Source: Callorhinchus milii
Taxonomy: Eukaryota
Assembly: GCF_018977255.1 (NCBI RefSeq)
Contig: NW_024704742.1
Span: 90,706,001-90,770,000, forward strand
Direction of reading: 5' to 3'
Length of the DNA: 64,000 bases
Of the stretch, positions 63,908 through 64,000 are shown one piece after another. Below the pieces are notes generated by a model. The model was not told the DNA's origin. It saw nothing but the letters and a program-made list of their open reading frames with translations, and did no database searches. The position numbers and the translations under genes are program-made. Every line of letters starts with the position of its first letter. Position 1 is the first letter of the stretch.

Positions 63908-64000
63908 CTGCTTGTCTGTGTTGCATGTTTGCCATCTTCCTCCTTGAATCGATGTGCGAGTTATTTTTTAAAAATAAATTGTGACTTTCATGAGGACTTT
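63908..64000 (-). CDS. Candidate coding exon running off the window end
   Basis: Consensus donor CAG|gtgagt; only one minus frame is open (SPHESHNLFLKNNSHIDSRRKMANMQHRQA), ending in phase 1. Confidence 0.25.

Noticed and set aside
1-64000. CRISPR array, operon or prokaryotic defence system
   Set aside because: No repeat-spacer array or gene-dense region. The RT is an ordinary L2 LINE RT, not a retron or DGR.

Overview
This is vertebrate, repeat-rich, mostly non-coding DNA. The repeat families (L2 and CR1 LINEs, tRNA-derived and DeuSINE-type SINEs, AmnSINE2-like and MER131-like relics, Penelope-like hairpins) point to a cartilaginous fish, most likely a chimaera such as Callorhinchus; this is inferred from recalled repeat consensus sequences, not a database search. 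I could not identify an intact protein-coding gene, and there is no prokaryotic system or CRISPR array. The only clearly recognisable coding sequence is decayed LINE ORF2. A transposon-free, microsatellite-rich island at about 9.5-13.7 kb looks like a promoter and first exon(s) of a large plus-strand gene, and much of the rest could be its intron with enhancer-like islands. A weak phase-compatible exon chain lies on the minus strand at 60-64 kb. The most interesting signals are: a degenerate hammerhead-ribozyme core in the loop of a 67-bp inverted repeat (26.45-26.62 kb); compensatory base changes in the 3' stem-loop shared by the SINE and L2 families; a 166-bp near-identical tract between two diverged L2 copies; a perfect 20-bp palindrome in a SINE-like relic; and several nested insertions that order transposon activity in time. 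I found no evidence of a wholly new biological system.
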